Origin: a virus
Reading direction: 5' to 3' (one strand)
UHGV virus genome: UHGV-0076293
Length of the DNA stretch: 64,000 nt
The notes beneath the pieces were generated by a model that saw nothing but the letters and a program-made list of their open reading frames with translations, made no database searches and had not been told where the DNA came from. The position numbers and the translations under genes were made by a program. Of this stretch, positions 8,922 through 19,416 are shown one piece after another (positions within the stretch are counted from its first letter, which is position 1; every line of letters starts with the position of its first letter).

Positions 8922-10880
8922 ATGTCTGATTCATTAGACCAACGTCCTGGCAATGGACGCCGTCGTCTACAGACGGAACCTGTACAGGTTCACATCCCTG
9001 AGCTCGACTACAGCACTATGTCAGCGGACGATGGGATTATGGCCATTAAACGTGCCAACCCACAACTGTCCTTTGCAGAAGCTGAAGAAGCGTACAAAGG
9101 ACTGAACGTGGTGAAAGAAGAACCTATTCTTCAACCGCCTACGTTCGAAGAAGAACCCCTTCCTGAATTTCTACAGACCGAACTGACAGGACAACCTGTC
9201 ATTGCTGAAGTTGTAGAGCGTAAAGAAGTGGTCGTTGAAGAACGTAAACCGGAACCTGTCCTGGTAGCGGAAAAAACGCGGGAAGAATATGTTCCACCGG
9301 CTCCTGAACCTCAGGCACCTGCGGCGGATCACGAACCAGAAGCGACGCCCGTAGTAAAAGAGAAAGCTTCTACCGAACGTATCAACTTTGGCGATCAACC
9401 TGTTCATGAAGAGTTCTCGGAATTGGAAGAGGATTCAGAAGCCAGTGTAATGGCAAGCTTCGGCACGCTTATCGGTCTTTGCCAGGACCCGAACCTCGTC
9501 GGAAATGATTTGAAGAAGTTCTTCTCAAGTATTCCGAAAAGCAAAGACGGGCGCATGTTGTTCAAGTCCGAAGAACAGCGCGATTTGTACGAACGTCTGT
9601 ATCGTGCCCTGAACATGTCCCCACCTCGTTTACAGAATAACCTGCAAGCGTTTGATGTGGCCCTGTCACGTGATGACACAGCTTGGGAGCAGCGAGTACA
9701 GTTGCCGGGGATGAATAAACCGGTAGGTCTGATCAGTACCCGTCTCAACCAGCAGACAGGTGCAATTGCAGCCCTGCGTCGTCGTCGTAAATCTGGTATT
9801 CCTAACTGGGTATGGTTACCTGCCACGGGTATCTTCGTCGGCTTCCGTGCACCGTTGGAGCGCGAGATTTGTGACTTCGATATTGAATTGGCGTTAGAAA
9901 CCGCGAAGATTGGGATGCAGACTTATGGTCTGATGCTCTCCGCATCTTCTGGTGTTTACTTAAGCCACATGATCGAATTCGCTTTACGGTTTGTTACCGA
10001 TTGCAGCTTAGACTGCGAAGGTAACGACATGAAGACCGTACTGATGGATACCATCGATATTGCTGACTACTGGTTACTGTTAATCGGCGTTATGCAAGCG
10101 AAGTTCCCAGGTGGTTTACCGTGGACGCTGATTTGTGGCCACGAAGGTTGCGGTCATCAGGAAGACGTTCGTCTGAACCTGGCACGCTGTATCCGTATGG
10201 GGACTTCTCTGTATACGGACATTCAGCGTAATCTGTGGGCACTTCAACGCGGTAAAGACGACGCGACGATCACCCGTGCTGACCAGCGTAAGTTCGTTGA
10301 AGAACACATTAAAGACCCATCAGCGATTTTCGAACAAGACGGTATTATCGTTAAGTTTGGTCGTTCTACCCTGGGTAAATTCTTCGACAACACCGAACGT
10401 TGGATTGAAGAAACTAACGCTGCCACGACCTCTGCGTTGGCAGAGAAGGGCACAGAACGTGAGCGTGAAGACCACTTACGCTTAACCGCTGAAGCTCGTC
10501 GTCTAACCCGTTACGCGCACATGGTTGAATCTATCACCGTTATGGAAGAAATCTACGACGGTGAAGAATCCCACGAAGAACCTATCGTAGAGAAAGATTA
10601 CGATAAGATCGTCCAGATGCTGGAAGAACTGTCGTCCGATCGTAAATACGTGGCTAACTTCGAAGGCGCTATTGCGACGTACAACGACCGTAGCCGTCTG
10701 GCGGTGTTCGGGTATATGGGTCAACGTTGCCCAGCGTGTGGTAAAGCCGATGAAGGCGAGAAAGAAGGCGTGTATCGTGGTATCGTAACGATTTCCCCGG
10801 ACCGCGTTTTTTTCGAGCTATCTCGAGTGGTGTTCGAGATTCAGCGGTTTATGAGGGATCAATTCGGCGTTACTGGCTAG
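8922..10880 (+). CDS. hypothetical protein (652 aa) with Pro/Glu-rich low-complexity N-terminal region
   Basis: Long ORF, GAGG RBS, 3-nt spacing from upstream gene. Confidence 0.55.
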   Translation: MSDSLDQRPGNGRRRLQTEPVQVHIPELDYSTMSADDGIMAIKRANPQLSFAEAEEAYKGLNVVKEEPILQPPTFEEEPLPEFLQTELTGQPVIAEVVERKEVVVEERKPEPVLVAEKTREEYVPPAPEPQAPAADHEPEATPVVKEKASTERINFGDQPVHEEFSELEEDSEASVMASFGTLIGLCQDPNLVGNDLKKFFSSIPKSKDGRMLFKSEEQRDLYERLYRALNMSPPRLQNNLQAFDVALSRDDTAWEQRVQLPGMNKPVGLISTRLNQQTGAIAALRRRRKSGIPNWVWLPATGIFVGFRAPLEREICDFDIELALETAKIGMQTYGLMLSASSGVYLSHMIEFALRFVTDCSLDCEGNDMKTVLMDTIDIADYWLLLIGVMQAKFPGGLPWTLICGHEGCGHQEDVRLNLARCIRMGTSLYTDIQRNLWALQRGKDDATITRADQRKFVEEHIKDPSAIFEQDGIIVKFGRSTLGKFFDNTERWIEETNAATTSALAEKGTEREREDHLRLTAEARRLTRYAHMVESITVMEEIYDGEESHEEPIVEKDYDKIVQMLEELSSDRKYVANFEGAIATYNDRSRLAVFGYMGQRCPACGKADEGEKEGVYRGIVTISPDRVFFELSRVVFEIQRFMRDQFGVTG

Positions 10881-10993
10881 ACCCGAGAGAGATTCCTTCA
10901 GACCACGTCATTAACACGCTTAAGTTAGACACCACCTCTTTATTCAAGCAACGCAGCACCCGCCCTATCACTTATCAAGAAGCGCATGACGAA

Positions 10994-11302
10994 TTGTTAG
11001 GTGCTTACGATTTGTCGATAGGGCTGGACACCGGTTCAAAGCACGTCGGCTTGTCAGATTTCGAAAACCCGGAATACGGGAGCTTACACGAAATCTGGAT
11101 GGAAGTTTATTTGCGTGAGCAGATAAATGAACATTATCGACTCTCATTTGACGAGTGGCTTAATCGTCCTCGTTGGGAGATTATGATGATGTTACGTGTG
11201 CTTAATCGCCGTAAAGCGTCGATTAAGAAAATCATGAGTGATGTTGCTGGCAGTGACCCAGAACTGCAAAATCTTGAGAAAGAGCTTAAGTTGAAAGGTT
11301 GA
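10994..11302 (+). CDS. hypothetical small protein; start uncertain (TTG at 10994 or internal ATG ~11098)
   Basis: ORF followed by strong terminator; no convincing RBS. Confidence 0.3.
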   Translation: MLGAYDLSIGLDTGSKHVGLSDFENPEYGSLHEIWMEVYLREQINEHYRLSFDEWLNRPRWEIMMMLRVLNRRKASIKKIMSDVAGSDPELQNLEKELKLKG

Positions 11303-11307
11303 ATTTA

Positions 11308-11350
11308 AGGGAGTCTATTAAGACTCCCTTAGCTTTTTCTTTTTTTTTTT
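11308..11350 (+). terminator. intrinsic terminator (aagggagtc-tatta-gactccctt + long T-run)
   Basis: 9-bp stem + ~18 T-rich nt. Confidence 0.65.
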
Positions 11351-11384
11351 GCTTTGGTATGAACCCCTTGTATTGGAAAAGGCT

Positions 11385-12236
11385 ATGATTGACATTTATA
11401 CAGATTACGCCGCCGTTCTTACCGTCAATCGTTCGGAGGAACGTGCTGCACCGTTTCTGGATTTAGTCACGCTTTGCATGGACTACGGATACGACGTTGC
11501 GTTAAGTGATGTATACTGGCAACCGTCTTCTGACCCGGCAGACGAAACGGTTCGATTAGAAGGCATTATCGTTAAGTGTGCGGTAGCGTTAGGTAACCGT
11601 CTAGGGATAGCGTTAAATCCCCAGGAAGTTTACCATAAACCCAAAGAAACCGTACGTATTCTGGACGGTATTACTTCCAAGTTTGAAGAGTTTGAAGACA
11701 CCGATACGCTTTATGGTATTGTGATGTCGGGCGAGACGCCGGAATACATTCTGGAAAGTATCTGTCGTTACGTTTACGGTGATGACAATATTCATTTCGA
11801 AGATTTGGTTGTTCGGGTGTCTCCTCGTGTAATGACAGTGATGAGGAACTACCTGTCTTCTGTGACCGTAGACGAACAATTAGCGGCAGGTAACGACAGA
11901 CGTTTGTCACGTATCGCTGATTACCTTCGTTTATATCCTCAAAACCCATCAGCGTTCGTATTCCTTAACTTACCAGACCTGCCTGATTTGACCGTGGTTC
12001 AGCAGTCGCTGGTCTTCGATGTTGAAGACTACACGGAAGCCGAGCTGTTGGAAATGTATGCAGTGGGCTTATCGATTATCGATAACGAGGATTACGAAGA
12101 TGCGTATAGTGCGTTATCAGAGAACTTGGAGAAGCTCAACAACGAAGGGTTAAAACCTATTCCTATCTTGCAACCTGCTCTGGAAAGCTTGAAGGAGATT
12201 TATAAGGTAGCGGAGGAAGATAATGACGAGATTTGA
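11385..12236 (+). CDS. hypothetical protein
   Basis: ORF; first ATG at 11385 (ORF track begins at TTG 11349); acidic C-terminus. Confidence 0.45.
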   Translation: MIDIYTDYAAVLTVNRSEERAAPFLDLVTLCMDYGYDVALSDVYWQPSSDPADETVRLEGIIVKCAVALGNRLGIALNPQEVYHKPKETVRILDGITSKFEEFEDTDTLYGIVMSGETPEYILESICRYVYGDDNIHFEDLVVRVSPRVMTVMRNYLSSVTVDEQLAAGNDRRLSRIADYLRLYPQNPSAFVFLNLPDLPDLTVVQQSLVFDVEDYTEAELLEMYAVGLSIIDNEDYEDAYSALSENLEKLNNEGLKPIPILQPALESLKEIYKVAEEDNDEI

Positions 12237-13524
12237 GTTTCTGGTGGCGGCTTGTAAAGCTGAAGCCTGGCGTCGTTTAGTGTGGCGTATTGCAATATTC
12301 AACATGTCAGTGTTCCCGTCGAAACGTGAAGAACCTGAAGCGTTCGATATTACGTATATTGACGGAATGCCGCACTATTACGCGGTAGAAGATGGGAAAG
12401 GTGATTGGCAGCCCATTACTGATGGCGTGAAAGACCAAGAACTGTTTATTCCCGAAGAACAGTTCGAATTGAAAGTCGATGACTACCCAGGATTAGAAGG
12501 GCCGATTCCTACCACTGTGGGACGTTATATCTTTAACTGGATTGTTATCTGGTATGCGTTTGGTACTCGCTTACCGTATATGGGCGTTTCACAAAACCCA
12601 TTAGAGTATCGTAAAGAGATGCACCGTCGTTGTTTGGATCACGAGACCGATGAACCTGAGAACGAAGGTGCTATTCGTCCGAGCATGATAGAACGCTTTG
12701 TAAGCGGCTTACACGAACTTGCACCGTTAACCGCTGGTATTGCACCAACAGGTACACTTAGAAGCCTTACGGTGCATCCTGATGCGTATAAAATACGTGA
12801 TGCGTTGCTGTTAAAGCATAAGGACGAGTTAGACGACCCAGCAGTGATTGTTAAGATAGAAAAAGCACTGGACGAACTGGATAAACAGTGGTTGTCAGGT
12901 GACCAATCTATCGAGTTCTATAACTCGCCGAAATCACGAATGCGTCGACGTAAGTTGATGTTGATGTACGGGATTGAATCATCTTTCCAGGAAGGGGGTA
13001 ACTATACGTTAATTCCTAACGCACTGGTGGAAGTTGATAAGGCGGGAATGGATAATCTGGTCGCGAAGTTTAACTCTATTCGTGAAGGCTCGTTCTCGCG
13101 TGGTGCAGAAACCGCGAAAGGTGGGGAACAGGTACGTATCATCCAGATGATTTTCCAGAACCACCGAATCGTTGCAGGTGACTGTGGGACGAAACTCACG
13201 CACCCTGTGGTTATCACAAAAGACAACGTAAAACGTTACGTTGGGATGAACGCGATGGTTAATGGGAAGTTAACCTCCCTGACGGAAGAGTTTCTGAATA
13301 GTCAGCTAGGGAAAGTTGTGCGCCTACGCCGACCCATCTTATGTCAATACGGCCACATCGACTGCTGTACTGCGTGCTCCTCCGAAGCGAAAGGTGAAGA
13401 ACCTCGCGCTATCGCGGCGGATATTTCGTCAGCGTTCTCTAACGTTATGTCCGTGGCAATGGCCGCAATGCACGGTAAAGAAACCGTCGTTCAAGAATAC
13501 GATCCGTTGATCCATATCACCTAA
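12223..13524 (+). CDS. hypothetical protein (433 aa)
   Basis: ORF overlapping upstream gene end by 14 nt (translational coupling). Confidence 0.5.
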   Translation: MTRFEFLVAACKAEAWRRLVWRIAIFNMSVFPSKREEPEAFDITYIDGMPHYYAVEDGKGDWQPITDGVKDQELFIPEEQFELKVDDYPGLEGPIPTTVGRYIFNWIVIWYAFGTRLPYMGVSQNPLEYRKEMHRRCLDHETDEPENEGAIRPSMIERFVSGLHELAPLTAGIAPTGTLRSLTVHPDAYKIRDALLLKHKDELDDPAVIVKIEKALDELDKQWLSGDQSIEFYNSPKSRMRRRKLMLMYGIESSFQEGGNYTLIPNALVEVDKAGMDNLVAKFNSIREGSFSRGAETAKGGEQVRIIQMIFQNHRIVAGDCGTKLTHPVVITKDNVKRYVGMNAMVNGKLTSLTEEFLNSQLGKVVRLRRPILCQYGHIDCCTACSSEAKGEEPRAIAADISSAFSNVMSVAMAAMHGKETVVQEYDPLIHIT

Positions 13525-13536
13525 GGATTATTAGTA

Positions 13537-14046
13537 ATGGCAACCAAAGACATTTCTACCCAAGATGCTCGCCCTGCTGCTGTTAAGCGCTCCGCAGAAG
13601 CGGCAGTAACTTATAGCCAAGATGACTCTTATCAGGTAAACCTTATTGCTGCACAGTTAGACGAAGCAGGGAATACCATCGGTACCAACAAACCGAAAAA
13701 CACGCCGGAAGCAGACGACGCTTTCCGTAAACTGCATCAGTCTTTCCGTAGCCTGTTTGAACTGCGTGGTCAGGCGTTTATCGACGCTTTTAACGTTTTC
13801 GTTGCTGCTGCGATTAAACACAAGCGTAGCATCTTCTATTACCCGAATGTGAACTACCACCTGGATTGGTTCCACGATTCTGCTGAACGTGAAACTTACG
13901 TGGTGTTTATCAACATGCTGGTACGTTTTGCTAACTCTCAAGATAAAGCAAACTTCGCACAGCGTGACAACGTTAACCGTCTGCTGCAACGCGTAGCTGA
14001 CCCAGAGCTGCAACAGCTGCTGGCATACTGCTTCAACGCGGCTTAA
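13537..14046 (+). CDS. hypothetical, probably abundant protein (169 aa)
   Basis: ATG with AAGGA RBS; codon usage appears host-optimised by eye; followed by conserved terminator element. Confidence 0.55.
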   Translation: MATKDISTQDARPAAVKRSAEAAVTYSQDDSYQVNLIAAQLDEAGNTIGTNKPKNTPEADDAFRKLHQSFRSLFELRGQAFIDAFNVFVAAAIKHKRSIFYYPNVNYHLDWFHDSAERETYVVFINMLVRFANSQDKANFAQRDNVNRLLQRVADPELQQLLAYCFNAA

Positions 14047-14049
14047 TAA

Positions 14050-14098
14050 GCTTTACCCTACTCCTCTCGGGAGTAGGGTAGCTTTTATTTTTTCTTAG
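14050..14098 (+). repeat. conserved ~45-nt terminator element, copy 1 (ccctactcc-tctcg-ggagtaggg-tagcttttattttttcttag)
   Basis: Near-identical copy at 19417-19465, differing only in loop bases; both between convergent genes. Confidence 0.7.
14056..14094 (+). terminator. intrinsic terminator within repeat copy 1
   Basis: 9-bp stem, 5-nt loop, T-rich tract. Confidence 0.65.
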
Positions 14099-15876
14099 TG
14101 AGTGGTTTTGATGTATTCAAACGGATCGGTAACGGCTTCTCCCTGACGACGTAAGAATGCTTCTAACACAACGTTCTTATCTGGCAGTAAGAAGAAGTCC
14201 GTTGCGATTTCCATTGCATTAACACGCCCTGCGGTAAGGTTAATCCCTACACGACGTCGTACTTCTTCAGGAACACCATGAATGCTCAGCAACTCGATTA
14301 ACGTTGTTTCACGAGACTGGTTCATCATGTTCGTTGCAGAAGGATACGCCTGGGTTAAGTCCGCATCTGCGGTTTGCCCACGGAATGCAGTGTAGAAATC
14401 ATCAAACTCTTTAATGATTCCTCGCAGACCGTTTTCCGCGTTCATACACGCAGTTAACGTAACAATCCAACCGTCCGTACCGATAACTTCTTCATCGAAA
14501 TCATTACGCATTGCACTGCCTACACAACCGATAACCAACCCTTGTTCATAAAGGTAATAGGTGTAAGCAATACAAATACGTTTTGGTAACGAAGGGAAGA
14601 TATCGTACATCGAATAACCCGCCAGTACGGAAATTGCCGAAGACAAGTCGTTCGTTTTTTTATCCAACAACACAATCATCAGGTTATCGAAGATGTTATA
14701 AACGCAGTATTCGAGCGGGAACTCTTTCTGTGCTTTTAAGTGCCATTCCAGTTTCTCCTCGTAAGGCAGTTCTGGCAAGTCTAACTTGTTTAAGCCCAGT
14801 TCAGTTTCCAGAATAGCGTTAAGTTTGTAAGAAGGACGTTGGCCTTCGTGAACACGCAGTGAACGAAACAGACACATTGCATCCACACAGTAGAACGATG
14901 CGGTACAATAAAGTACGTGCCACTGTTGTGAAGGTGCTTTGGTCAGTGATTTCGATTCCGTTTTCTTCGATGCTTCGTCTTTCTTGAAGTAAACACGACG
15001 GTATTGCTTCGGTACATCAGGATGACAAAAGACGTCTTCCGGTGGAATCCCTGCGGCTTCTAGCGCTTCTAACATACGTGAAATATCGAACTCGTGGTTC
15101 CATGCAACTAATAAGTCAGGTAGCCGAGGGTGAATCTCTTCAAACATGCGTTGAATACAGCAGCCAGAGTTTAAGCATTCGTAAACGAAGATTTTATATC
15201 CGGCAATAACGTCTTTGATTTCAGTATTAGGATTACCTTCTTTGTCTTTGCCACGAAAAGCAATTTTAGAAAGTAACTCCTTCGCACGTTTAATTAGTCG
15301 CGCTTCGAAGTTCTCACGACCACAACGCGTAACGTAGTCTTTCGTTGCGAAGAAATGAATTTCGTCATCCAAAACAAAACTCATAATCCAAGGGTCTCGA
15401 GATTTGTCTTCTTCTCGAGTTTCCACGTCGTATACACAAATACGGTTAGGTGAAACAGCGTTAGGCCATTTCTTTACATACCTTTCTTTAATCCAGCTGG
15501 TGATAGGTAAGTCAGCCCAGTAAACGTACGGAGAGGTACAGACTTGACGTAATGAACGTTTTTTGTCAGGAAATCTTGCCCCTAGACCCATTTGAATGGT
15601 TTGTGACATCATCACATCCGTGGTCATGTATTCCTGACACTTACTGCGTTCTTCGTATTCTTTCTTTTCTTGATGGTTACGGTGTTGTGGTAAAGTAATG
15701 TAGATAGGCCGTTTCAGATTTTCACGCATGACGATACGCGGGATGAATCTGCCATCTTTAGTATGGACGACCTCCTTTATGAGCACGAAGTCGTTTTCTT
15801 TCTGCTGATCGGTTGCGTACGAAACAAATTTGCACTCTTTGGCAATAACGTCTTCCGGTGCGTAATAGTTATTCAT
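14095..15876 (-). CDS. DnaQ-like 3'-5' exonuclease-domain protein, possibly the exonuclease part of a split family-B DNA polymerase
   Basis: Exo I-like VYDVETRE (DxE), Exo II-like AWNHEFDISRML, Exo III-like YCVYNIFD; start ambiguous (ATG at 15876 or 15975, TTG at 15990; the latter two overlap the divergent gene). Confidence 0.5.
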   Translation of the reverse strand: MNNYYAPEDVIAKECKFVSYATDQQKENDFVLIKEVVHTKDGRFIPRIVMRENLKRPIYITLPQHRNHQEKKEYEERSKCQEYMTTDVMMSQTIQMGLGARFPDKKRSLRQVCTSPYVYWADLPITSWIKERYVKKWPNAVSPNRICVYDVETREEDKSRDPWIMSFVLDDEIHFFATKDYVTRCGRENFEARLIKRAKELLSKIAFRGKDKEGNPNTEIKDVIAGYKIFVYECLNSGCCIQRMFEEIHPRLPDLLVAWNHEFDISRMLEALEAAGIPPEDVFCHPDVPKQYRRVYFKKDEASKKTESKSLTKAPSQQWHVLYCTASFYCVDAMCLFRSLRVHEGQRPSYKLNAILETELGLNKLDLPELPYEEKLEWHLKAQKEFPLEYCVYNIFDNLMIVLLDKKTNDLSSAISVLAGYSMYDIFPSLPKRICIAYTYYLYEQGLVIGCVGSAMRNDFDEEVIGTDGWIVTLTACMNAENGLRGIIKEFDDFYTAFRGQTADADLTQAYPSATNMMNQSRETTLIELLSIHGVPEEVRRRVGINLTAGRVNAMEIATDFFLLPDKNVVLEAFLRRQGEAVTDPFEYIKTTH

Positions 15877-15947
15877 GTTTTCACTCTCAAATCTAGCGGC
15901 TGCTATACTGATTTGTGGGTAATGTAATTTCTCAAAAGGAATCACAA

Positions 15948-17282
15948 ATGGGATATTGGCAAAATCACATTGCATCAGTTGCGGATGCAAAGGTTGTAGC
16001 CGCAGAATCGATTAAATTCCAAGATAAAAAGAAACTCGCAGAACTGGCAGACATTATTGCTAAATTTCGTGCAGCCGGAGACTTTAGTCCGGCCGGTTAC
16101 GAGAGTTCTGGTGTTTCTGATTGGGTATTTAAAACCAACGGTATTAGCATTAACTTTAAGAACGGTAGCGAACTCGGATTATTCGACGTTGCCTTCGCGG
16201 GTGTAGAACCGCCTAAACTGGACGCGAATAGTCCGGTAATTGCGTCAATGGCGCGTGCACTGTACGCAGGTAATAAAGACCTGGACATGTACAGTAAGTT
16301 TATTAAAGAAAACGAACTGAACAGCAGCATTGACGATTCCAGTGCGAAAATCAGCGGTGACTTGAGCAAAGTCAGTTCTCCGCTTTACCTGACTCCGGTG
16401 CTGTTGGGGAAACTGGAGCTCACCGATTTGGAGGTTGCTTCGGTAATCCTTCATGAAGTCGGTCACATTTATTATTACTTCCGTACGCTGATGCGTACCG
16501 TGGTAACGGATTTACTGGCAGACGCTGCGGCTAACCGAATCATGGAAAGCGAAGACCCAGCTGTTCGTTTACGTGTGGTTAAAGACGTTGAACGAATGCT
16601 GAACACGAAAGTGAATCAGCCAGAGACCATCTGCACTGAGTACAAGAAAGAAAACGTCTACATGCACCTGGTAACAGATTTGCTGTTAGACCGTCCGTTC
16701 ATTAGCGGTAGTCAAGGCTTTGCAAACCGTACCTGGGAACGTGCTGCTGACGACTTCGCTGCCCGCTTTGGTGCTGCCCCGTACTTAGCTTCTGCACTGT
16801 ACAAAATGGAAACCAGCCCGTTCTATCTACTGCGTAACTCGTCGTATATGAACATGGGTGTCCATTTGACGATTGAGTTGTTCCGTGTGACTGCGCTGAT
16901 TGCCCAAGCTGCCATTCCGATTCTTCCGGTTATCTCTGTTACGTTTGGGATGATTCTGAACGACCCAGATAACACCATCTACGATCCGCCGCAGGAACGT
17001 TTTGAAGCGATGCGCCGTACGCTGGTAGAAGAACTGAATACCATCAAAGACAAAAACACGAAAGCGGCTAACGAGCAACGTAAACGTATTCTGGATGGTA
17101 TCGCGGTAATTGATCGAATTCTACTCACGGTTAAAGACAAAGATAACCTGTATCAGTTTATCTGGAAGACGCTGACACCGAAAGGGCGTCGTGACCGTGC
17201 TGCGGTGGATTATCAGCGCGCTATCGGGAAGTATATGTCGAATGACCTCCGTATCGCATCTGCCATGTTTAACGTCGATTAA
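15948..17282 (+). CDS. putative zinc metallopeptidase (HExxH)
   Basis: VILHEVGHIYYYF zincin-like motif; ATG with AAGGAA RBS. Confidence 0.45.
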   Translation: MGYWQNHIASVADAKVVAAESIKFQDKKKLAELADIIAKFRAAGDFSPAGYESSGVSDWVFKTNGISINFKNGSELGLFDVAFAGVEPPKLDANSPVIASMARALYAGNKDLDMYSKFIKENELNSSIDDSSAKISGDLSKVSSPLYLTPVLLGKLELTDLEVASVILHEVGHIYYYFRTLMRTVVTDLLADAAANRIMESEDPAVRLRVVKDVERMLNTKVNQPETICTEYKKENVYMHLVTDLLLDRPFISGSQGFANRTWERAADDFAARFGAAPYLASALYKMETSPFYLLRNSSYMNMGVHLTIELFRVTALIAQAAIPILPVISVTFGMILNDPDNTIYDPPQERFEAMRRTLVEELNTIKDKNTKAANEQRKRILDGIAVIDRILLTVKDKDNLYQFIWKTLTPKGRRDRAAVDYQRAIGKYMSNDLRIASAMFNVD

Positions 17283-17296
17283 GTAAAGGTAAAACC

Positions 17297-17740
17297 ATGA
17301 CGCATAAAGTTTCTCTGAATTCGTTAGTTCTTGATTTTAAACGCGCTAACGAAGGTAAAGGTGTCCAGGCGCAGCGTGCCCTGACTGGCCTGGTTGCATT
17401 CTCGCTGGCGTATAATGCCGATATGCCAGACAACGGACCGTATGGTTCTAACGAAGTTTCACAAATCAAACTTCGTCCACTGATGAAAAACGTGGTATCC
17501 GACGTTAACGAACTTTACTGCGTTGACTTAGGCACTGTCGAAGACCTGACCGTTGCGTTGTTCTGTAATCGTTACGACAGCGCCTGGGGTGGACGTCGTG
17601 CAATTGAAAACTTCTCCGTACGTGAGATTTTCAACCAAGCCTTAGGTGATGATGTTTGGAACACTATCAACTTGTGGCTGGAACGTTTTGTCGACGCAGT
17701 GAAATTCTACATGGATGAAACGCGAGGCAAATTATCATGA
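17297..17740 (+). CDS. hypothetical protein (147 aa)
   Basis: ORF with AAAGG RBS. Confidence 0.45.
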   Translation: MTHKVSLNSLVLDFKRANEGKGVQAQRALTGLVAFSLAYNADMPDNGPYGSNEVSQIKLRPLMKNVVSDVNELYCVDLGTVEDLTVALFCNRYDSAWGGRRAIENFSVREIFNQALGDDVWNTINLWLERFVDAVKFYMDETRGKLS

Positions 17741-19410
17741 GTATGGAAATGACAGCAAACATTGCACAACCGCAATGGAAACTCGACGAACTTCCAACTA
17801 TTATCGAACAGCGAATGGAAGAACGTATCGATTCTGTCAGCCAGCTCAACCTCTACATGCAGCGTAACGAAGCCGATTTGATTTACGGTTCACGTATTAT
17901 CGCGCAGATTGAAGCGATTCTTCGTGAAGTTCGTAAAGCGGGTCTAAACCGCGACGTTGCCGTAGCGACGGAATCTTTGCGTCCGGGCACTATCCCGAAA
18001 GCGGTGCAGAGCATCCTGACGTCGAACTACAGCCGTACTCATCAGAAAGAAACCGTCATCGCGCTAGAGTCTTACGCGAACTTCGGTAAGATCAGTCTTA
18101 TCGTGATGGTAATGATGGGGATTATGAAAATCCTGAACTGGATTATCAGTAACGCTGTACCGTTTGCAGGGGCTGCTGACGTAGATGGGGACGAGTATCG
18201 TGACAAACTCTTAGAGAAGATCGATGCGGTTCCTTTCATTGAACGTCTGAAAATCACCGCGCTGAAAGAAGCGTATATGGACGCGTCGAAGGGACTGAAA
18301 GACGGTGAACTGAATAACCTGGAATTGGCTATTCTGATGGCCGATGAAGTCCTGACGAACATGAACGCAGAAGACCTGTTGAATAAGCTTAGCGCAGCTC
18401 TGGGACGTTCTCCGTTCGTAGGGATGTTTAAAGACTACACGAAACGTCGTCAGAATGAACAGCAGGTTATCCACGATATCCTCGATACGTTGCTGCGTAC
18501 TAATATCGGTTGTGCGGTATTCAGTCAGCAGGTTTGTGACGAAGTGTACAAAGCTTTACCGGCGGACGTTCGTAAAGCAGGTATCAACATTCCTAACGAA
18601 GCGTTCTACCGCCAGATGGGAAGAAACCTGGAGAGCTTCTCCGCAGGGTTAAAACGTTTAGATCAGTCGTTAAAAGACCTCAAGTCGTATTACTTCTCGG
18701 GTGACCGCACGCTGGGTACGGATCAAGAAAACCGCATTAGTGCAACGGGGATCGTTCAAGCACTGGCGTTGCTTAACGGCGAAATTGAAATAGCGTTAAC
18801 CGATTTTGCATCGTGTCGTGGTGCACCGCTACCAACGATAATGGTGAAATCCGATCGTGACTTAATCGGTTATTCGTCTCGAGAGTTCGGTAATGGATTC
18901 ATCATCGCTTCTGCAGGGGTTAACTCGTATTTCGGTTCTGCGGCTAACATGGAAATTATGCGCCAGGAACTGAGCTTTACCAGCGGTGATTCTCGTGAAT
19001 TGTTAGCGTGTCTGATTACGTTAGCTCGCAGCGGGATTACTAAAGGGCCAGCCGATACGTCTATTGACCGCTTCAAAGTGGTGGAGAAACAGATCGAGAA
19101 AGTGGTTAGCCAGTTGAAAGACATGTCACGCCAATCTCGTTCTGGTATGAACAGCAAAGCTTGGCAGATGATGGAACAAGCGTTCCGTGACGAAGCACAA
19201 CGTTCAGATCTGTACGAATTGGGCTTTGGTCGTGAATTGACGACGATGACCGTGATGGACCCAGATCGAAACGTGTGGGATTCTGTTGCGTTTACGACGG
19301 AACTGATTAAGTCCTGGACAACTGCCGCCGGTGCTCTGGCGACGATTCTGAAACGGGCTAAGAACAACCCGCTGGTAAAAGGTGGGAAGTTTAATAAACT
19401 CGTCGATTAA
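17737..19410 (+). CDS. hypothetical protein (557 aa)
   Basis: ORF; start overlaps upstream stop. Confidence 0.5.
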   Translation: MSMEMTANIAQPQWKLDELPTIIEQRMEERIDSVSQLNLYMQRNEADLIYGSRIIAQIEAILREVRKAGLNRDVAVATESLRPGTIPKAVQSILTSNYSRTHQKETVIALESYANFGKISLIVMVMMGIMKILNWIISNAVPFAGAADVDGDEYRDKLLEKIDAVPFIERLKITALKEAYMDASKGLKDGELNNLELAILMADEVLTNMNAEDLLNKLSAALGRSPFVGMFKDYTKRRQNEQQVIHDILDTLLRTNIGCAVFSQQVCDEVYKALPADVRKAGINIPNEAFYRQMGRNLESFSAGLKRLDQSLKDLKSYYFSGDRTLGTDQENRISATGIVQALALLNGEIEIALTDFASCRGAPLPTIMVKSDRDLIGYSSREFGNGFIIASAGVNSYFGSAANMEIMRQELSFTSGDSRELLACLITLARSGITKGPADTSIDRFKVVEKQIEKVVSQLKDMSRQSRSGMNSKAWQMMEQAFRDEAQRSDLYELGFGRELTTMTVMDPDRNVWDSVAFTTELIKSWTTAAGALATILKRAKNNPLVKGGKFNKLVD

Positions 19411-19416
19411 AAAAAG

